A stretch of DNA of 64,000 nt from an uncultured Spirochaetota bacterium. GTDB taxonomy: Bacteria; Spirochaetota; Spirochaetia; SZUA-6; Fen-1364. The position numbers and the translations under genes are program-made. Shown here one piece after another: positions 20,774 to 30,701 of this stretch; the stretch's first letter is position 1; each line of letters starts with the position of its first letter. The stretch is taken from NCBI GenBank assembly GCA_963845535.1, contig CAWJSK010000004.1, positions 175,916 to 239,915 of the forward strand, written 5' to 3'. The notes under the pieces are model-generated. The model saw only the letters and a list, made by a program, of their open reading frames with translations. It searched no databases and was not told the origin of the DNA.

Positions 20774-22141
20774 ATGGAGTCTGGCAAGAGGGGCTATGAG
20801 GCCTTCTGGAAAGAGGCCGTGCGCGACATTTCAGAAGACCTTTCCGAGCAGGAGTTCTCCACATGGTTCCGCGGAATAGAGTTCGGCGGAGGCGGGGATT
20901 CTCAAGTGCTCATTTCCGTTCCATCCTCCTTCATCAAAGACCAAATAACGCAGCGATATCTCACGCGGCTTGAGGAAAAGCTCGAGGAACTTTCCGGCCA
21001 GAAGCTTTCTATCAAGCTGTCCGTGCAGAAAAGGGCCTCGGCACGGGGCTCTCATGAGGAGTCGGGGCGCGGGCAGAAGGCGGAAGAAGTCTCAACCCGC
21101 AAGCGACAACACCCCAACCTGAACAAAGAGTACACGTTCGAGCGCTTCATCATCGGAGAATCCAACTCCTTTGCCGCCAATGCCTCCCTGGCCATATCGA
21201 AGAACCCCGGAACCGGCTACAACCCGTGCCTGATCTACGGAGGGGTCGGCCTTGGCAAGACCCACCTGGTCCAGGCCATCGGGAACTCGGTTTACCGGGA
21301 GTTTCCCGACCTCAAGGTGGCATATGTGACGGTTGAGACGTTCGCCAATGAGTTCATTCTTTCCATTCAAAAGAAGACCGGCCACCAGTTCAAAAACAAG
21401 TACCGTTCGGTGGACGTGCTCCTGATCGACGACGTGCATTTCCTCGAAGGCAAAGAAGGAACGCAGGAAGAGCTCTTCCACACTTTCAACGCCCTCTACG
21501 ACGCCAACAAGCAGATGGTCTTCACCTCTGACCGCCCCGTCTCTGAGATACGCAGCCTCTCTGACCGGCTGCGCAGCAGGTTTGAGAGGGGCCTCAATGT
21601 CGACCTTCAACCCCCCAATTACGAGACGCGCATGGCAATCCTCAATCGCAAGATCGAGGAAAAGAAAGTGGATATCCCGGATGAGGTCGTGGAGCTGATC
21701 TGCCGGAACGTCAACACAAACGTTCGGGACCTGGAGAAAGCGCTCACGAAGCTCATAGCGTATGCGGAGCTGGTCAACAAGGACATCACGCTGGATATCT
21801 CCCGCCAGCAGCTCAAGGATTTCTTCGCGCAGCCGAGCCAGAAAAACATTACCATCGAGCTGATCCAGAAGATCGTGGGAGACTACTTCGGGCTGTCATA
21901 CAAGGACCTGCGGGGCAAGAGGAGGACAAAGGCCGTGGCCTTCCCCCGCCAGGTGGCCATGTATCTCTCCCGGGAGCTCACTGAGTACTCCACCACTGAG
22001 GTGGGCGCCGAGTTTGGAGGACGGGACCATACCACGGTCATGCACGCCTGCCAGAAGATTGAGGACAGGATGAAGCTGGACCCGAACCTCGAGCCAACAG
22101 TCCAGGCGCTCGTCAAGAAGATCAAGGAAAACAATGCATAG
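20774..22141 (+). CDS. dnaA: chromosomal replication initiator DnaA
   Basis: YTFERF, YNPCLIYGGVGLGKTHL, LLIDDVHFL, TQEELFHTFN, FGGRDHTTVMHA. Confidence 0.99.
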   Translation: MESGKRGYEAFWKEAVRDISEDLSEQEFSTWFRGIEFGGGGDSQVLISVPSSFIKDQITQRYLTRLEEKLEELSGQKLSIKLSVQKRASARGSHEESGRGQKAEEVSTRKRQHPNLNKEYTFERFIIGESNSFAANASLAISKNPGTGYNPCLIYGGVGLGKTHLVQAIGNSVYREFPDLKVAYVTVETFANEFILSIQKKTGHQFKNKYRSVDVLLIDDVHFLEGKEGTQEELFHTFNALYDANKQMVFTSDRPVSEIRSLSDRLRSRFERGLNVDLQPPNYETRMAILNRKIEEKKVDIPDEVVELICRNVNTNVRDLEKALTKLIAYAELVNKDITLDISRQQLKDFFAQPSQKNITIELIQKIVGDYFGLSYKDLRGKRRTKAVAFPRQVAMYLSRELTEYSTTEVGAEFGGRDHTTVMHACQKIEDRMKLDPNLEPTVQALVKKIKENNA

Positions 22142-22308
22142 ACAGGGAGGTCGAGGGCGAGCGAGCGCAGGGATGCGCGGAAGCGAGCCCCCTAGCCAGG
22201 GACGCGTAGCACGGCCTTTCAGCCGTGCGGAGGGCGGCAGCCTTTGGCGAAGCCAACGGCGGGAGCCGCGAAGCTGCGCCGAGCCCATGGATGGGCGGAA
22301 GGCGCAGC
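22141..22308 (+). repeat. four CANGGANG motifs (three in clear hairpins) plus other stem-loops immediately 3' of dnaA
   Basis: GAC-AGGGAG-GTC, GCGC-AGGGAT-GCGC, CAGGGACG, GCCC-ATGGAT-GGGC inside GCTGCGCC/GGCGCAGC. Confidence 0.75.
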
Positions 22309-22334
22309 ATAGTCGGGGAGCCAGTCCCTCGGCG

Positions 22335-22590
22335 GTTGTGCATGCCTTGTGGGAAACACAAGCGATATGAGGCTCGAGGTTGTGTGCTACTCTGTTGACA
22401 AGAGAACCAACATTGTGGGAAATGCCGACTACTGGTTAGGAAAGAAGGAACATGTGAACACTCTGTGGAAAAAGCCGGGAGGTTGTCCCACCGCTTATCT
22501 CCTTGAAGACCATGCAAATAAGACCCTTATCCACATATTCACTGTGCCTACCGGTACTACCGGCTTTCTTTATCTTATTAAAGACTAGAA
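22335..22590. other. oriC: replication origin oriC (dnaA-dnaN intergenic)
   Basis: Perfect box TTATCCACA at 22527-22535; degenerate boxes TGTGGGAAA (x2), TGTTGACAA, TGTGAACAC, TGTGGAAAA; followed by CTA-containing trio-like repeats and an AT-rich tract. Confidence 0.8.
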
Positions 22591-22600
22591 GAAGGAGGAG

Positions 22601-23710
22601 ATGATGAAGTTCACCTGCTCGAGAGACGATATCCTCAAAGAGATTTCCGTAGCCCAGGAAGTCATTTCCTCGAAGAACTCCCTTTCGGTGCTTTCCAACG
22701 TGCTGCTTACGGTCACCAAGGGCGAGCTCAGCCTGCAGGCAACGGACTTGAAGGTCGGCTTTCAGACCTCGCTCCCCGTTGAGACTGTCCAGGAAGGCAC
22801 CACCACGGCTTTCTGCGACAAGCTCCAGGGCATCCTCCGTTCGCTGCCGGAAGGCGAAGTGGAGCTGGAACAGGTGGATGCCACCATGCTGAGAATCAAG
22901 CCGACCTCGCGAAAGATCGACTTCCAGCTTCGGTGCATTCCTTCGGACAAGTATCCTGAGCTGGCGCGCGTGGCGGACAACCAGTACTTCGAGTTCCCGC
23001 AAAAGGACTTCATCGACATGGTCGCAAAGACCGTCTTTGCCGTCTCTGATGACGAGACCCGGTATTTCATGAACGGGATCTTCCTGGAAAAGCGGGACGA
23101 AAACCTCGTCATGGTGGCCACCGACGGCCGACGGCTTGCATTCATCTCTCGAAAAATCCCGGTTCGCATGGAAAACATGAAAGGGATCATCCTGCCGCCG
23201 AAGATCCTCACCATCGTGCGAAAGCTCTCCTCGGGAGAGGGGTCCCTTTCCCTTGCGCTCACGGACAAGAATGTGTTCGTGCGCATCGGGGCCACCAACC
23301 TGTCCTCGAACCTCATTGACGGTCAGTTCCCCGATTATCGCCGGGTCATACCGGACGCCCAGAAGTACCGCGCCGTTGTGGATCGCCGGCCGCTGGAGGA
23401 CGCCCTTCGCCGCGTCTCGCTCCTCGTAGAGCAGAAGTCCCGCAAAGTCGTCTTCTCCCTTGCCAGCGGGACACTCACTATCCTGTCCAAGGAAAGCGAG
23501 CTCGGGATAGCCTCCGAAGAGTTGTCCTGCGATTACGAAGGCCCCGAGATGCAACTGGCGGTCAACTGCCTCTACATGATGGAGCCTCTGCGCGAGCTTG
23601 CCTGTGACAAGGTGACCCTGGAGTTCAGCGACGTGAACAAGGCTATTACGCTGAAGCCCCTTCCGGAGGACGGCTACCTGAACATCATCATGCCCATGCA
23701 GTTGGACTAG
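22601..23710 (+). CDS. dnaN: DNA polymerase III beta clamp
   Basis: LQATDL, DETRYFMNG, VATDGRRL, LIDGQFPDYRRVIP, IIMPM; AAGGAGG SD. Confidence 0.98.
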   Translation: MMKFTCSRDDILKEISVAQEVISSKNSLSVLSNVLLTVTKGELSLQATDLKVGFQTSLPVETVQEGTTTAFCDKLQGILRSLPEGEVELEQVDATMLRIKPTSRKIDFQLRCIPSDKYPELARVADNQYFEFPQKDFIDMVAKTVFAVSDDETRYFMNGIFLEKRDENLVMVATDGRRLAFISRKIPVRMENMKGIILPPKILTIVRKLSSGEGSLSLALTDKNVFVRIGATNLSSNLIDGQFPDYRRVIPDAQKYRAVVDRRPLEDALRRVSLLVEQKSRKVVFSLASGTLTILSKESELGIASEELSCDYEGPEMQLAVNCLYMMEPLRELACDKVTLEFSDVNKAITLKPLPEDGYLNIIMPMQLD

Positions 23711-23757
23711 CCCGTCGGGGTCTGTCCAAGACGTGCCGTCGCCCTACGGGTTCACCC

Positions 23758-24840
23758 ATGGGATTTGAGAGGTTGAGGTTCTTCAACTTCAGGAACCTGA
23801 GGGACGCAGAGGTCGAGCTGGGCGCCCCGGAAATCCATCTTGTCGGGGGCAACGGTCAGGGAAAGACGAACCTCATCGAAGCGGTGCATCTGCTCTGCCT
23901 GGGTTCTTCCTTTCGAGAGAAACGGGAAGCAGCGTTCCTTCGAAACCCCGATGAGCAAATGGGTCTTCATGGCCGCTACCGCTCCGCCGAAACTGGGGAG
24001 ATGACTTTCTCCCTCCTTTCGTCTCCCGAGAAAAAGAAAGAGCTTCGGATAAACGAAAAGCAGATTCTCGATCGGCGCGACCTTCTTTCCGCGGTGCTTT
24101 GCGTGTCGTTTGTCCAGCAGGATATGGGGTTCATTTCCGGCCCTCCGGAAGAGCGCCGGAGATTCTTCGACCAGACCCTTTCGTTCTACGACTTCTCTTT
24201 CCTCGACTCGCTGCGCGGCTACCGCCAGGTGCTTTCCGCGCGCAACTTCTGCCTGAAAAGCCGCCAGAGCGAGCTTCTGGATCCTTATGACGAGCAGTTG
24301 GCCTCCTTTGGCCTCGAGCTTCAGCGCGCGCGTGAGACTCTTGTGCGCTCGTTCAACGAGGTCTTCTGCCCGCTCTTTCAGGAAATCACTGCAGAGGATC
24401 CCGGCGTGGAGATCCGCTATGTTCCCTCGTGGCAGCATCTGAGGACCAAAGAAGAGGTGGTTGCACATCTTGGGGCATCCCGTGGCAGGGACCTTGCACT
24501 CGGGGCCACCTCGAGCGGTCCTCACCGGGACGTCTTCTCGTTCGTCCTTGCCGGCCGCGACTATTCCCATTTCGGCTCCACGGGGCAGCTTCGGTTGTGC
24601 GCCCTGGCGCTAAGAACCGCGCAGGCGCGATTCCTGACGTTGCAGAGCGGCCGTCGGCCCGTGCTCCTTCTGGATGACGTGCTTCTTGAGCTCGACCGGG
24701 GAAAAAAGAACGCGTTTGTGGCCCGTTTCCCTGCTTACGATCAGGCTTTCTTTACGTTTCTCCCCGAAGAGGCGCACGCTTCGTATGCAACCTCCGACAC
24801 CCTGGTCCTGAACGTTCAAGACGGGGAGTTCCACAGGTGA
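23758..24840 (+). CDS. recF: DNA replication/repair protein RecF
   Basis: NFRNL, GGNGQGKTNLIEA, GPHRD, GSTGQ, LLLDDVLLELD. Confidence 0.97.
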   Translation: MGFERLRFFNFRNLRDAEVELGAPEIHLVGGNGQGKTNLIEAVHLLCLGSSFREKREAAFLRNPDEQMGLHGRYRSAETGEMTFSLLSSPEKKKELRINEKQILDRRDLLSAVLCVSFVQQDMGFISGPPEERRRFFDQTLSFYDFSFLDSLRGYRQVLSARNFCLKSRQSELLDPYDEQLASFGLELQRARETLVRSFNEVFCPLFQEITAEDPGVEIRYVPSWQHLRTKEEVVAHLGASRGRDLALGATSSGPHRDVFSFVLAGRDYSHFGSTGQLRLCALALRTAQARFLTLQSGRRPVLLLDDVLLELDRGKKNAFVARFPAYDQAFFTFLPEEAHASYATSDTLVLNVQDGEFHR

Positions 24841-25130
24841 GAAAAGTCGGCGACATTCTCAAGGACTACCTGCGCGAAAGGGGATGGCTCACGAGCAATC
24901 CCTACGCTCCTCTGTTCGCGGGGTGGAACGAGGTGGCGGGGAGCAGCATCGCGGCCCACACGCGCCTGGTCGACGTGCATGCGGGCGTCATGATCGTGGA
25001 GGCGGATCACCCCGGGTGGCTGCAGATGGCGCGAATGCGAAAGGAGGCGCTCCTTTCGGCGGCGCGCGCCGTCGCCCCGGAGGCCCGGATCACGGATATC
25101 AGGTTCCTCCTTGGCGTCCGAGAGGGGTAG
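24837..25130 (+). CDS. DUF721/DciA-family protein
   Basis: WNEVAGSSIAAHTRL..IVEADHPGWLQ; GTGA overlap with recF, the usual position for this family. Confidence 0.88.
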   Translation: MRKVGDILKDYLRERGWLTSNPYAPLFAGWNEVAGSSIAAHTRLVDVHAGVMIVEADHPGWLQMARMRKEALLSAARAVAPEARITDIRFLLGVREG

Positions 25131-25220
25131 GAGAGCCGCCAGACAGCGCCCGACACGCTCCTCCGTGGGCCAGATCGGTCCTGGTCGGTCCCCGGTATGT
25201 CCTGTGTGTCCTTGCCGCCA

Positions 25221-25249
25221 TTGACACAAAGGAGCGTGCATCCTATATT
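25221..25249 (+). promoter_or_regulatory. sigma70 promoter of the rpmH operon
   Basis: TTGACA-N17-TATATT. Confidence 0.75.
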
Positions 25250-25310
25250 CATCGGGATATACCCATGAGAAAACCCCTGGTCGTCAGGTTAATCAAGGAG
25301 CATTCGTCGT

Positions 25311-25466
25311 ATGAAACGGACCTACCAGCCCAGCAAGACCAAGAGAACGAGAAAGTTCGGTTTTCGGGCGCGCATGGCCACAAAGGGCGGGCGGCTCGTG
25401 CTGAAGCGCCGGCGTGCAAAGGGACGCATCAAGCTTTCCGCTTCAGATGAGAAGAAGCCTTACTAG
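25311..25466 (+). CDS. rpmH: 50S ribosomal protein L34 (absent from the ORF track)
   Basis: Manual translation [59 protein letters not shown]. Confidence 0.98.
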   Translation: MKRTYQPSKTKRTRKFGFRARMATKGGRLVLKRRRAKGRIKLSASDEKKPY

Positions 25467-25797
25467 GGGAGAACGACTCCGCGCCGGCTCGGACATCACG
25501 AGGCTTTTCAGAACAGGACAAAGGGTGGATGTCGGCGGCCTGAAGCTCCTCCATGACGGCAACGGCACGTCGACCAATCGGATGGCTGTCGTAGTTGCCC
25601 GCGGGTGCGGCGGCGCGGTGAGGAGAAACAGGGAGAAGAGAATCACGCGGGAAGCGTACCGCTTGCTGAAGGAACGCGTTCCCCCAGGGCATGACCTCCT
25701 GTTTTTCGTCGGCAGGTTCGGTTGTTCCTTCGCCCAAAGGCGCTCGCACATGATGAAGCTGCTGCTCCGGGCAGGATTCCATGACCATGCGGTTTAG
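25447..25797 (+). CDS. rnpA: ribonuclease P protein component
   Basis: [21 protein letters not shown] (RNR motif); overlaps the end of rpmH. Confidence 0.93.
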   Translation: MRRSLTRGERLRAGSDITRLFRTGQRVDVGGLKLLHDGNGTSTNRMAVVVARGCGGAVRRNREKRITREAYRLLKERVPPGHDLLFFVGRFGCSFAQRRSHMMKLLLRAGFHDHAV

Positions 25798-26014
25798 AAG
25801 AATCGGGACGTGGGTCGCTTCTGCGCTCATTACCGGCTACCAACACCTCATCTCTCCCCTTTTCCCTTCAAGCTGCCGCTATGTGCCCTCCTGCTCCCAG
25901 TACACGAAAGAAGCCATCCTGAAATACGGTGTGATCAAAGGGTCGTACCTGGGAGCCCGACGGATACTTCGTTGCCATCCGTTTCACGACGGAGGATATG
26001 ACCCTGTTCCCTGA
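25781..26014 (+). CDS. yidD: membrane protein insertion efficiency factor
   Basis: [32 protein letters not shown]. Confidence 0.96.
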   Translation: MTMRFRRIGTWVASALITGYQHLISPLFPSSCRYVPSCSQYTKEAILKYGVIKGSYLGARRILRCHPFHDGGYDPVP

Positions 26015-26034
26015 ACAAAAGGAAATACGCAAGC

Positions 26035-27940
26035 ATGGATAAGAGAACTCTCCTGGCTGTCGTGCTCTCCGTGGTGATCATCGTTGGGGGCATGATTCTT
26101 CAGTCCGTCCTGGCTCCCCCCAAGCCGGCAGCGAAGCAAACCGCGCAGAAACCCGCGGCTACCCTGCAGGCGTCACCGCAGCAGGGCCAGCAGCCCCAGC
26201 CCGCGGCAGTCACCGCGCAGCCGGCGCAGCAGGCGGCTCCGGCAGTTGCCAGCACGCAGACGGCTCTCAGGGCTCCCGCGGCCCCGGGGGCTCAAACCGC
26301 TATTGCCATGGGCAAGGTCGTGGAGACCGCGGAGTCCGCTCCGCCCGCTTCCCAGCCGGCGACTATCCAGAGGGACACGGACCTTTACAGCCTGACCTTT
26401 GAGACCGCCGGGGCCACTTTGTCTTCGGTAAGATTGCGCAAGTACAAAAACCTCGACGGGTCTCCCGTGGACATGCTTCTCCTGCCAAAAACCATGACTC
26501 CGGGGGAATTGCCTTTTGCCCTGGCGTTCGGGGATTACAAGTCCGAAGAGCTCACTGTTCCGTTTACCCTGCGTGAGACGACGGATTCAGGCAAATCCAC
26601 GTTCGATTTCAGCCGCACTTTCTATTCTCCCAAGGGCATACCGTTCACACTTCACAAGACTTACTCTTTTTACAAGGACGAATACCTGTTCCAACTGCAG
26701 ATCACAATCGAGAACAGCGTGAACGATTTCCCAGCCCTGGATTTCGGCGGGTTTGCCTACACGCTGAACTTCGGTCCCCAGATCGGACCGCACTACGCAA
26801 AGCTGGACGGCCGAAACGATTTCCGCAAGTACGCATACTGGGCTGACAGCAAGCGCTCAGACCCGGGAGTCGGCATGGGAGCCCTCAAAGAGGTGGACAA
26901 GACCGTCACCTGGGCCGGCATCGAGGGGAAATACTTCACCGGGCATTGCTGTGCCTGACGGCTCGGTCAGCCATCTTGTGTTCGACTCCCGCAGGCTCGT
27001 GGAAGGCTACGACCGCTCCGTCATCAGCTTCGAGCGGCCAACGCTGAAGAGCGCGAAGGCCACCGACACCTACCGGTTCTACATGGGGCCCATGAAGAAG
27101 GAGGTGCTTGCCCGATACAACGACGCGGACAAGAACCGCTTCGAAATCGCAGGCCTTCACGCGGATGAGATGGTGACCTCATCCATCCTGATCGGGTGGC
27201 TTGCGCAGCTCCTGAAGTACCTCCTGGACTTCTTCTACCTCATCATCCCCAACTACGGGGTCGCAATCATACTGCTCACCATCCTCATCAAAGTCGTCTT
27301 CCTTCCCTTGACGTTCAAGAGCTCGGAGTCGACTGCCAAGATGGCCGCGCTCAATCCCAGGATCCAGGAGATCAGGACCCGGCTCAAGGCCAAGCCTGAC
27401 AAGATGAACCAGGAAATCGCGGAGCTTTACCGAAGGGAAAAGATCAACCCCCTGTCCGGGTGTCTGCCTCTGCTCCTGCAGATCCCGGTTTTCTTCGCGC
27501 TCTATAACCTTCTGAACAGCTACTTCGAGCTTCGCGGCGCCATGTTCATTCCCGGCTGGATCCCCGACCTTTCCGCTCCCGAAGCCGTGCTGAACTTCCC
27601 GTTCGCCATCCCCCTTCTGGGATGGACGGCGCTGCGCGCCCTGCCTCTTCTCATGGTGGCAAGCCAGCTCCTCCAGGGCAAGTTCACGCAGCCGGCGGAC
27701 CAGTCGCAGGCGGGCAACCAGATGAAGCTCATGACGTACGCGCTTCCAATCGTTTTCCTCTTCATCCTCTACGACATGCCGTCAGGGCTCGTGCTGTACT
27801 GGACGGTGCAGAACGTCCTGTCCATCTTCCAGCAGCTTTACATCAACTCGCTGAAACGCAAGCGGGACGAGCTGGCTGCGGCCTCGACTCCTGTCGTTTT
27901 CAAATCCGGCTCCAAGCCAGGCATGAAGGTGAAGAGGTGA
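26035..27940 (+). CDS. yidC: membrane protein insertase YidC, split by a frameshift near 26942
   Basis: MDKRTLLAVVLS..WAGIEGKYF in ORF 26035; NYGVAIILLT, GCLPLLLQIPVFFALY, WIPDLS, GLVLYW in ORF 26951; removing one G from ACCGGGCATT joins them. Confidence 0.93.
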
Positions 27941-27959
27941 GAGAGCGAAGGAGACTGCC

Positions 27960-28652
27960 ATGGTAGTGAAGGAGTTCGAAGGCAAGAACGAAAAAGAGGC
28001 CATCGACAGGGCCATTGAAGAGCTGGGCCTCGACAGGAACGAGATCGATTTCGAGATCGTGGAGGCAAAGCGCCCCGGCATCCTTTTCCGCGGGGGCAAG
28101 GTGAAGATCCGCGTTCACATGACCGAGGAAACCGACGGACCTGAGGAGGAAGAGGCGGCTCATGAAGGCCCCTCCATCCCGCAGGGTGAGTTCGAGCAAA
28201 AGATCATCGAGTACACGCGCGGGCTTCTTTCCCGCATGGGCTTCCCCGCTGAGATCACGGTGAACTTCCGCGAGCACAAGCGGCTCGGCCTGGACATCGA
28301 GAGCGACGGTTCGGGGATCCTCATCGGGAAGCAGGGCAAGACGCTGGAGGCCCTCCAGTTCATTGTCAACCTGGCCGGGGGGCGCATGGGCGGGGACTCC
28401 ACCCGCATTGTCCTGGATACGCAGGACTACCGCAGCCGCCGGGAGCGCAGCCTCATCCGGATGGCCAACCAGGTTGCCGAGCAGGTGCGGAGAGGCCGCG
28501 ACTCGCAGTTGCTGGAGCCGCTGAATCCCTTCGAGCGGCGGCTGATCCATACGTCGCTTGCCCGCTACGGGGACATCGAGACCATCAGCGAAGGGGACGG
28601 GCTGTACAAGAGGATCCGCGTGATCTGGCGCGGGGATGTAAGCCGGGAGTAG
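27960..28652 (+). CDS. jag: Jag/EloR (KhpB) RNA-binding protein
   Basis: Jag_N, KH LIGKQGKTLEALQ, R3H FERRLIH. Confidence 0.95.
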   Translation: MVVKEFEGKNEKEAIDRAIEELGLDRNEIDFEIVEAKRPGILFRGGKVKIRVHMTEETDGPEEEEAAHEGPSIPQGEFEQKIIEYTRGLLSRMGFPAEITVNFREHKRLGLDIESDGSGILIGKQGKTLEALQFIVNLAGGRMGGDSTRIVLDTQDYRSRRERSLIRMANQVAEQVRRGRDSQLLEPLNPFERRLIHTSLARYGDIETISEGDGLYKRIRVIWRGDVSRE

Positions 28653-28658
28653 ATCACC

Positions 28659-28904
28659 ATGCCGATTTACGAATACGAATGCAGGGAGTGCAGGACCTCG
28701 TTCGAGCTCCTCATGCGCTCGGACACCACGATGGCCTGCCCTTCCTGTGAAAGCACGAAGATCGTGAGAAAGCTCAGCTTGTTCGCCGCCCACGTGGGGC
28801 ATACCGCGCACGAGCACGGAGATGCTGCCCTTCCCTCCTGCGCCACGGGCGAGTGCGGGTGTGATCAGGGCAGGTGCGGCTCCGGCCTCTGCGGGATGCA
28901 GTAG
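28659..28904 (+). CDS. FmdB-family zinc-ribbon protein
   Basis: MPIYEYECRECR..FE..CPSC, with a His/Cys-rich tail. Confidence 0.88.
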   Translation: MPIYEYECRECRTSFELLMRSDTTMACPSCESTKIVRKLSLFAAHVGHTAHEHGDAALPSCATGECGCDQGRCGSGLCGMQ

Positions 28905-29066
28905 GCCGCGGGGGTCGTTGGCCTCCTCCATATCTAGACCCGCTTGATCGGTACGCATCGGAGTACCTCCGCATTTCTGGGCCGGCCACCTCGTCATCAC
29001 CGTCATTCTGCTCGTGATCGGTACTCTCCTGCTCCAAAAGAGCCGAAAAGGTGGTTAAGGGGAAGA

Positions 29067-29864
29067 ATGGACAAGACCGGGACGGCGGTCTGGGACAGGA
29101 TAGAAATCTCTGTGAGGCAATGCGTAGCGTGGCGGTTCCCGGCGCGGAGCATCTGGGTGGAGCGGGTCGACAACGAGTGGCACGTGCTCTCCCTCTCCCC
29201 GCAGGGATGGCGAGGAGGCATACGGCGGGAGCCGGTTGCCAGGTCGCAGAAGCCTGAGTCCTCCCTCTGGAGGCATTACCTTCACAAAGAGATCGGACCC
29301 GTGCAACCCATTCCGATCCTGCCGGACAAGCCAATAGTCGTGCGTCCCGACAGGGCTCTGACGCTCCTTCCCGGGCAGGCAGCGCTGTTCTTCCTCCAGA
29401 TTCCCGTATGGTTTCGCCTGTGCACCACGGTGCCGCGGCGGCTCAAGATTTTCGAAGAGGCGATCGTGGTCCTCACCAAGACATGGTTCGGAGACCCGAT
29501 CACCGGTGAGCTGTGTTACGGCCTTGCGACCCGGCTTCACCAGGGGATCGATTCCGTGGACCCTTCCGCCTACCTTGCCGTGTGCCCGCTTTCCATCACG
29601 AACGACTCCGACACCGACCTCGCTTTCGAAAAGATCTGTCTCCACGTGGAGAACCTGAGCGTCTTCCGCAGCCCGCGGAGGCTGTGGACCAACCGGCTGA
29701 ACGTGGTGTTTCGCGGCCCTGATCAGGGCACGCAGATCGAGATCAATCGGGACGCGCCCGGCTTCGAAAAAGGGCTGGCCCTGTTCGCGGAGGCGCGCCA
29801 GCCGGCGGCGGGCTGGAACATCAGAAAGACGTTCGGGATCCTGAAGTCTTTTGCCGACTTTTGA
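29067..29864 (+). CDS. DUF432-like protein
   Basis: PILPDKPIVVRP, TKTWFGDPITGELCY, LWT; directly upstream of mscS; family name recalled, not searched. Confidence 0.6.
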   Translation: MDKTGTAVWDRIEISVRQCVAWRFPARSIWVERVDNEWHVLSLSPQGWRGGIRREPVARSQKPESSLWRHYLHKEIGPVQPIPILPDKPIVVRPDRALTLLPGQAALFFLQIPVWFRLCTTVPRRLKIFEEAIVVLTKTWFGDPITGELCYGLATRLHQGIDSVDPSAYLAVCPLSITNDSDTDLAFEKICLHVENLSVFRSPRRLWTNRLNVVFRGPDQGTQIEINRDAPGFEKGLALFAEARQPAAGWNIRKTFGILKSFADF

Positions 29865-29876
29865 GGAGCGAAGAGC

Positions 29877-30701
29877 ATGTTCATCATCCACCAGATCGGC
29901 GCGTGGCTCTCCTCCCTCTCCCCCGACATCCTTTCCAAGGGGCTGCGCATCGCGGTGACCCTCGTGCTGGGGCTCCTGCTCATACGCATCCTGGCCGTAG
30001 TGACCCAGCGCTACATCATGCGCAAGTCCACCGCGCAGCGCCAGATGATTGCCCGCAAGGTCATCAGCTACACGGGATTCGTGCTCGTTGTGCTCGCGGT
30101 GCTGGGCGAGCTTGGTGTGAAGCTGACCGCGCTCCTGGGGGCCGCGGGGATTGTCGGAATTGCGGTGGGATTTGCCTCTCAGACGAGCGTATCCAACATC
30201 ATCAGCGGTCTTTTCCTCATTTCGGAAAAGCCCTTTACCGTGGGGGACGTGATCCGCATAGGCACCACCACGGGGATCATCCAGTCCGTCGACCTTCTTT
30301 CGATCAAGATCCGCACGTTCGATAACCTGTTCGTGCGCATCCCTAATGAGAAGATCCTCAGCTCGGAAGTCACCAATATCACGCGTTTTCCCATCCGCCG
30401 GATGGACATCCTCTTCCAGGTAGCGTACGGACAGGACCTCGACCGCGTCCACGAGGCGCTGTCCGAGATTGCGCGGGCAAACCCCTGGAGCCTCGACGAG
30501 CCTCAGCCGGTCATCATTTTCAACGACTTCAAGGAATCCGGGGTCGAGGTGCTGTTCGGACTGTGGTTCAGCCAGTCGGATTTCCTCGACCTGAAGAACT
30601 CGATCATGAAGGGAATCACGGCCCAGTTCGCCGCCCAGGAGATCCGTTTTGCCTCCCCCAACCGGGTCATCAGGGTCGTGGAAGGAAGCCTCAGCGCCTG
30701 A
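29877..30701 (+). CDS. mscS: small-conductance mechanosensitive channel
   Basis: ALLGAAGIVGIAVGFASQ, SNIISG, KPFTVGDVI, IPNE. Confidence 0.92.
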   Translation: MFIIHQIGAWLSSLSPDILSKGLRIAVTLVLGLLLIRILAVVTQRYIMRKSTAQRQMIARKVISYTGFVLVVLAVLGELGVKLTALLGAAGIVGIAVGFASQTSVSNIISGLFLISEKPFTVGDVIRIGTTTGIIQSVDLLSIKIRTFDNLFVRIPNEKILSSEVTNITRFPIRRMDILFQVAYGQDLDRVHEALSEIARANPWSLDEPQPVIIFNDFKESGVEVLFGLWFSQSDFLDLKNSIMKGITAQFAAQEIRFASPNRVIRVVEGSLSA

